64,000 bases of DNA from Tubiluchus corallicola (lineage: Eukaryota > Animalia > Priapulida). The notes below the pieces were generated by a model, which saw only the letters and a program-made list of their open reading frames with translations, was not told the DNA's origin and searched no databases. This document shows positions 26,419 through 64,000 of the stretch, in pieces. The position numbers and the translations under genes were made by a program. The stretch is from positions 310,001 through 374,000 of the forward strand of contig JAQGDQ010000062.1 in assembly GCA_030141605.1 (NCBI GenBank). The letters are read 5' to 3'. The stretch's first letter is position 1. Each line of letters starts with the position of its first letter.

Positions 26419-28359
26419 AGTTACCAGAAAGGAATATTCTCCATTTTCTCTCATAAGGATATTGTACCGGGCACTATATATTTTCCGTATTATTCTGAGG
26501 AATAAAATACATACAATTTGCTTTTTTAGCGAATCGCTATTAACATGATATTCACAGACTTATAGAAGAACGCAGATGTCTTGATAACTGCCTCGCGTAA
26601 ACGACAGAACGAATCTTTCATCTTTGGCAATCATTACAAAAATATCCATGTCCAAGAAACAAGCAGATAGCACGCCAACCGTGCATACAAATATACATTT
26701 GTATTGAGCCTTTTAATGTTAACGGCCATTACCTTCCTAAGTATTTTGTTGATATTGTTATTTTTTGTGCATATTCTACTTCTGCTCCAACTTTTCATAA
26801 ATTTTGCCAATTTTATTATACTATGTCAATTTGAAAAGTTAAAATATCCCGTATTTATTTCCTTAAATATTCCGTTGAATGCTTTTACTGAGTTTATCAA
26901 AGGTTACAACTATTGTTGCTTCTGCTATGTATCATAGATATATTATTTCTTTAGATGGATTATCATAGATATATTATATCAATGGCTTTTTCCTTATCCA
27001 TTGTACATAAATTATACGTCTTGCAGCTAAAGAAGAATTCTACCTAATTTCAATTAAGATGAATATGCTGCTACAACAAGCTGCTTACTAACGCCAGTGG
27101 TGGATGCCCAGTGACCGTTTGGTCTTTCTCTGCCTCGTCTCTCCTTTTAACTAGTAATCAATACTAGCATTTTGTTACATGCAAACTTGCGGTATGAGGC
27201 AAATAAATAGAAAATGAAAACGAAATGAAAATGAAATAAAACGTGGGGCATACTATTTTGTCATGCCAAGCACAGCATCATGAAGCTCTGCACCTCTTGG
27301 CTTTTTGAATTGTATCTGTGAATTGAATATGTGATCACGGTCCAGTGCCTTGCTAGCTACAAACCCTGTATGTCACGCCAAATGTTCAACAATTCGAAAT
27401 ATGTAGTTTTTTCTACATAACCTTTGCTAGTGAGAAGTACTTCAGTTATTTTTCTACTGATAAAGTCTCAAGTGCATATTCACAAACAAAAGGCTCTAGC
27501 TCTGCATAACTAGTTTCTAAGGGACGTGTTCATTTGTTTCCATTTGCCCTACTTGAAAACTATAGTAATTTTACTACTATAATAGTTGAGTTCTATGAAG
27601 CGTGATAAGTACGTCATCAGCATCGGTGTAACAGTCACCGACAGTTGGACATGTTTGGTTACCATAGGGTGTTTTTTATGCAAATGCATGATGCCATGTT
27701 GAAATATACCGTGGCTGTCATAATTTTGTATATAAGAAGGTGTGGAATGTATATTTAACCACACTTATACCAATTGTCATGTTTTTCACATCAAATATAC
27801 GAGTTTTAGCAAATGTGCCCCACTACGAACTACGAAGATGTTTCCTGAATAACAGAAATGACGTGATCCACGGATTGACAGCCATTTGTCGGCTGACTCT
27901 GTGTGGCATCTAGGCTTTGTCCAATATTATTCACATTTTAAGAAATGAACAATGCAATTTAAATACAAAGAAGAGTAAAAATGTTTACGAATTACGTTTC
28001 AACTGCAGCAACTTGGCGAGACTTGTACAGCAAATACAGTGTTTCAGTACAGTAGATAACAATTTGACCAATGGCGCGCCAGTAAGTGTTATAGGCTGCC
28101 AGCACGCTTAACCAGTAAAATTTAACTACAGCTCTTATGCGACTGGCAAAATAGGAAGTGCATTGTAGAGTCAAACAATAAACCAATCAAATATTTTAAG
28201 CTGTTATACATCTGTTATACCTTATAACAGAAGTCGCGTGTTACTGCTATATTGGTAAATTATCGGCTAATCAGAAGTGTAGAATTTTTCATAATATTGG
28301 ACAATATGTTTGGCTAAAGATTACAATTCGCCACACACAGGAAATTAGATCGTGGAGCG

Positions 28360-28470
28360 CATTAGGATCAGAGTTAGGACTAGGGTTGGAGTTAGGGTTA
28401 AGGTTAGGGATAACGTTTGGTTGGATTAAGATTAGGATTATGGTTAGGGCTAGAGGTTAGTGTTAGGGTA
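28360..28470 (+). repeat. Degenerate TTAGGG-like repeat
   Basis: Multiple TTAGGG/TTAGGA/TTAAGG variants. Confidence 0.6.
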
Positions 28471-28610
28471 TTGAAATTGTGTGGGGTGTTGTAAACCCCT
28501 TTCGTACGTTTTTCAGGAAAGTCTTATAGCTCGGTCATTATTTCATGATCTAGAAGCGTTTTATACAAATATTTTTGTTTTAGGTCCTGCTTTGTCGTGT
28601 TTTTCTCATC

Positions 28611-38201
<9,591 letters not shown>

Positions 38202-40503
38202 ACAAAGGCGACCAACATGTAACAAGGGCCTACAAATCTCTTCTGTAAAGGTGCTAAAACAGAGATATGTAAAAACTGAATAATACGAATTTTGTAAAAT
38301 AGTGCCGTCTATGGCAAAACAATAGAACGGTCATCGAAGCCATGCCAATCAGATTTGAATTAGTTAAAATCAATGATATTGAATTTGTTTAATGGCTGTA
38401 AAATCGACTAATAACGTGAGCAAAACAATAACCAATCACGTGGTAGACTTACTAGATAAGTAGAATTTCAGCAACTGAGACAAAAGTGCCTAAAATCCGA
38501 ATTCTCGGATATTAGTTTTCCGTTTTTCTTTATTACTCACCTCTTTTTGGTTTTATTTTTTGTGCGTTTTTTAACCTTCGTCACTTTAGTTACCAATTTT
38601 TCATTTTCTTTTTTCTTCTGCCTGTTTTTTCTTTCCTATGTCGTCACCCCTAAATTCTTGTTTAACCTTCTCCTTTCCTGCTTTTCGTATCCTTTTTCCC
38701 TGCTCTCTTCTTGTCCTTCTGCTGATTTATAATTCTTGCGTGCGAAAAATATTCTTCTTTTCTTCTTTCTATTTCCCCTTTGATCAGTGAATTTCGCTTT
38801 TCCCCCTTTCGTCCTCGTTTTCTTCCGTCTACTTTTCCTCTCAGTGATCCGCTGTTTCTTCATCACCTCTCCTTCTACTTCTTTCTTCCTGCTACTTTTT
38901 GAACTATAGTGGTTATTATCCTGCTACATATCGGAGAAGCAATGCTAAATTTATCGAAATTTTCACAATACCAGCATTGCTAATTTCGAAGGCGGCTAAC
39001 TGATCATGGTTTTTACAAAAGTCATGGATTCACAAAAGTCGTATACTGTAGTAGTTAATTTTTTAATATAATTGATCAAATATTCATTTTAGTTACTGTC
39101 TACACATTACTGGTTGACTCCAACTTTTTCATTAAATTTAACATGAGAAGGCTACAGAAGTTCCAAAGATGAAATTAGATAAATAATAACTCTTGTAAAT
39201 GCAATCCCTGTAAAACTACAATCGATGAAAGATGGAATTCAAACTTGTTCGCACGTAAACTGTACTTTCATGTGGCACTACAGTTCTTTTCATAGTAAAA
39301 ACGCACTTTGTAGATTTTCGCATGACTAAACCTAAATGTGCAACTATGTTCATAATTGCGTTCGTAGGCATAAAATGACCTATTTATACGAATGAGACGG
39401 TGATGTAAGAATCTATTCAAATAAACTGTTGCACTTAACCACTTTCAAATAATGTTAACTATTTTTTAGTATTCGAACTAACAGGAAAGAATTTTTCTGA
39501 TAATAACCTATCTTGCTGAATAGACTAAAGGCTTCACTTTTTCAAGCAGTTTCAAATGTGAGATCATATTATTTGTTTGAAGATTTTCACCAATACAACT
39601 GCAGTATAACTGTTTGTTTACAAATTCTTGTTAATCTACAATTAAACTAAATTAAGCAAAGAAAGCAGACAATAAAAACTGGACGCAAACCTATAATAAA
39701 ATGGACTACACAAAGCAAATTGAAATACAAAATAAAATATCTACACTTTAATGTAATACAACTCACACGTAGACATTACTGCACACTTCACACCATAGCC
39801 TCCCTATACTAGATGCAGACAGTTGCCCGACCGACAGTCCACTAGATGTAATGTTCGATCAAAAACACTGCAAAATGGCTGTATTCCAACAGCTTCACTA
39901 ACAGTTAAGATGGCTGGCAGTACACCATTACCCAGCAAATCAAGTCCACACTACAATATCAAGTCCAGAACATCAATCACAATAGTAAGTCAGCTGGTTC
40001 AGGAAAGATAGATGTTGTTGGCACGAGATCTAGCCAGTATCCAAGAGCAAGAGGCGACGCACTTACTAGTTCTAGAGGAGATCTGCTTATTTATAATTTG
40101 GAGCATGCTCTCAGGACTTCTCACGTGACTTATTTAAAATCAGCTCGTAAAAATATGTTTTGTTCAAGTTCTATTGTTTGCTAATCACTAACTCGTGGCT
40201 ACCAGCAGAAGAGAACGTAAACAAGTTAATTCATTAATTTTTGCAATAATAAGTTAACAAACTGATTCCTGCCGGAATTAGGAAATAGATTCTCAAATTT
40301 TCTTTCTGTACAACAGTAACATGAAATGTTATAACATTAAATGATTAACAAAAACACAAAATTCAACGTCATTCTGCACTTCGGTTTATTTATTTATTCA
40401 CTTATTTAGTTATTTATTAATTTACAAAATTGATGGTTAGAGAAATATATTGGCCATACGAGTAATGTAGCTGTTTTTGCTCCCACACATTAAAGTCAAT
40501 CGG

Positions 40504-63000
<22,497 letters not shown>

Positions 63001-64000
63001 GATATTTTCTAGTTTACGTCTGCTGATCTGTTCTGCATGTTTCTAAAGGCAATAAAACACGAAATCAATGTTCGATGTTTCAAATGACTCAATGTTTCAA
63101 ATCAAGTGCTTGGGAACAAAAGGGGTCCTTAAAAATTTAAAGATATATCGTTTGTCTACGTGAAAAACCTAAAAATATTAAAACATCCATAGTAATCGCG
63201 ATTACGATCGATAATGGTTAAACAAATGACAAAGGCGATATCATGCCATTATAAAACTTAATGAAATCATTTTGATGCAAATTTTTGGGGGATTTTATTT
63301 TTTTATTTCAATATAGATGATAATTATCTAACCGTCAATTATTGGGGTACAACAGTAACAGCATTTAAAACAGATTTAATCTTATTCACTAAACTTGACT
63401 TACCTTGCGGACAGTTTTTTACGAAGGATCTAACTGAATCAGAAACGAACAAGTGAATCACGACGAATAATAGAACCAGGTTTTGCCTTCTCTTTTATTT
63501 ATTTCTGTAGGGTGTACGGTTTTCGTACATTAAACTATATCACAATTAACTTTTAAAGGAGGGAGACCTACACTGAACTCGTCAACTATGAAGACATTAG
63601 CAATCTGCCGTGTACATTGTAAAAGTGCAATGACATCAGTGGAAAGGTATCGGTATTCCTTCCAGGTAATAAACATTTAAACAGCGAATTTGCCAAACCT
63701 GCGTGTTCTGCGTTAGCCTACAGCTATTTCGTGTCAAACTAATCCCATAATGTGAAACATTTCATACACAATGCAGCAACGTTTTGTAGCAGCCTGTCTG
63801 ACAGAATTTCTGCAATTCTATTTTAAGTTATCCTTAATTTTCTTTATACAAACAGCATTTGACCACACTTGCTCCTTTCATTGATAATATTATTATAACA
63901 TTATTTTATATATATATATGTATTATGTTCATGATCCTTTGCGATCTGTCTTGAAGCAGTATTAGCAACTGACTTCAAACAGCATTCGAATAACCGCTGA

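Noticed and set aside
39730-40150. Possible solo LTR on the minus strand (TATA-like box)
   Set aside because: Could not define TG...CA termini or a TSD.

Overview
AT-rich, microsatellite- and transposon-rich eukaryotic DNA, most likely from an invertebrate animal (species not determinable), with three spliced genes reconstructed by hand. (1) Collagen A (+): exons 2117-2230, 8933-9853 and 15359-15642; the 5' end is probably outside the window. (2) Paralogous collagen B (+): join 28611-30321, 32308-32325, 32817-32870, 34630-35541, 38128-38201, about 922 aa. It has a signal peptide, about 29 copies of an acidic Ser/Thr/Gln-rich 17-aa repeat, an RKLR convertase-type site, a Cys-capped ~300-aa triple helix in one exon and a short C-terminal motif shared with collagen A. 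(3) A complete 19-coding-exon, ~816-aa POMT2-like protein O-mannosyltransferase (-), convergent with collagen B and clearly divergent in normally conserved loop motifs. The most interesting hypothesis is that these form a linked module of Ser/Thr-rich matrix or cuticle collagens plus a specialised O-mannosyltransferase; this is inference. The rest is decayed LINEs, hAT- and Academ-like remnants, MITE- and Helentron-like repeats, minisatellites and microsatellites, with several readable insertion or repair scars. Comparisons to known proteins are from memory, not from database searches.
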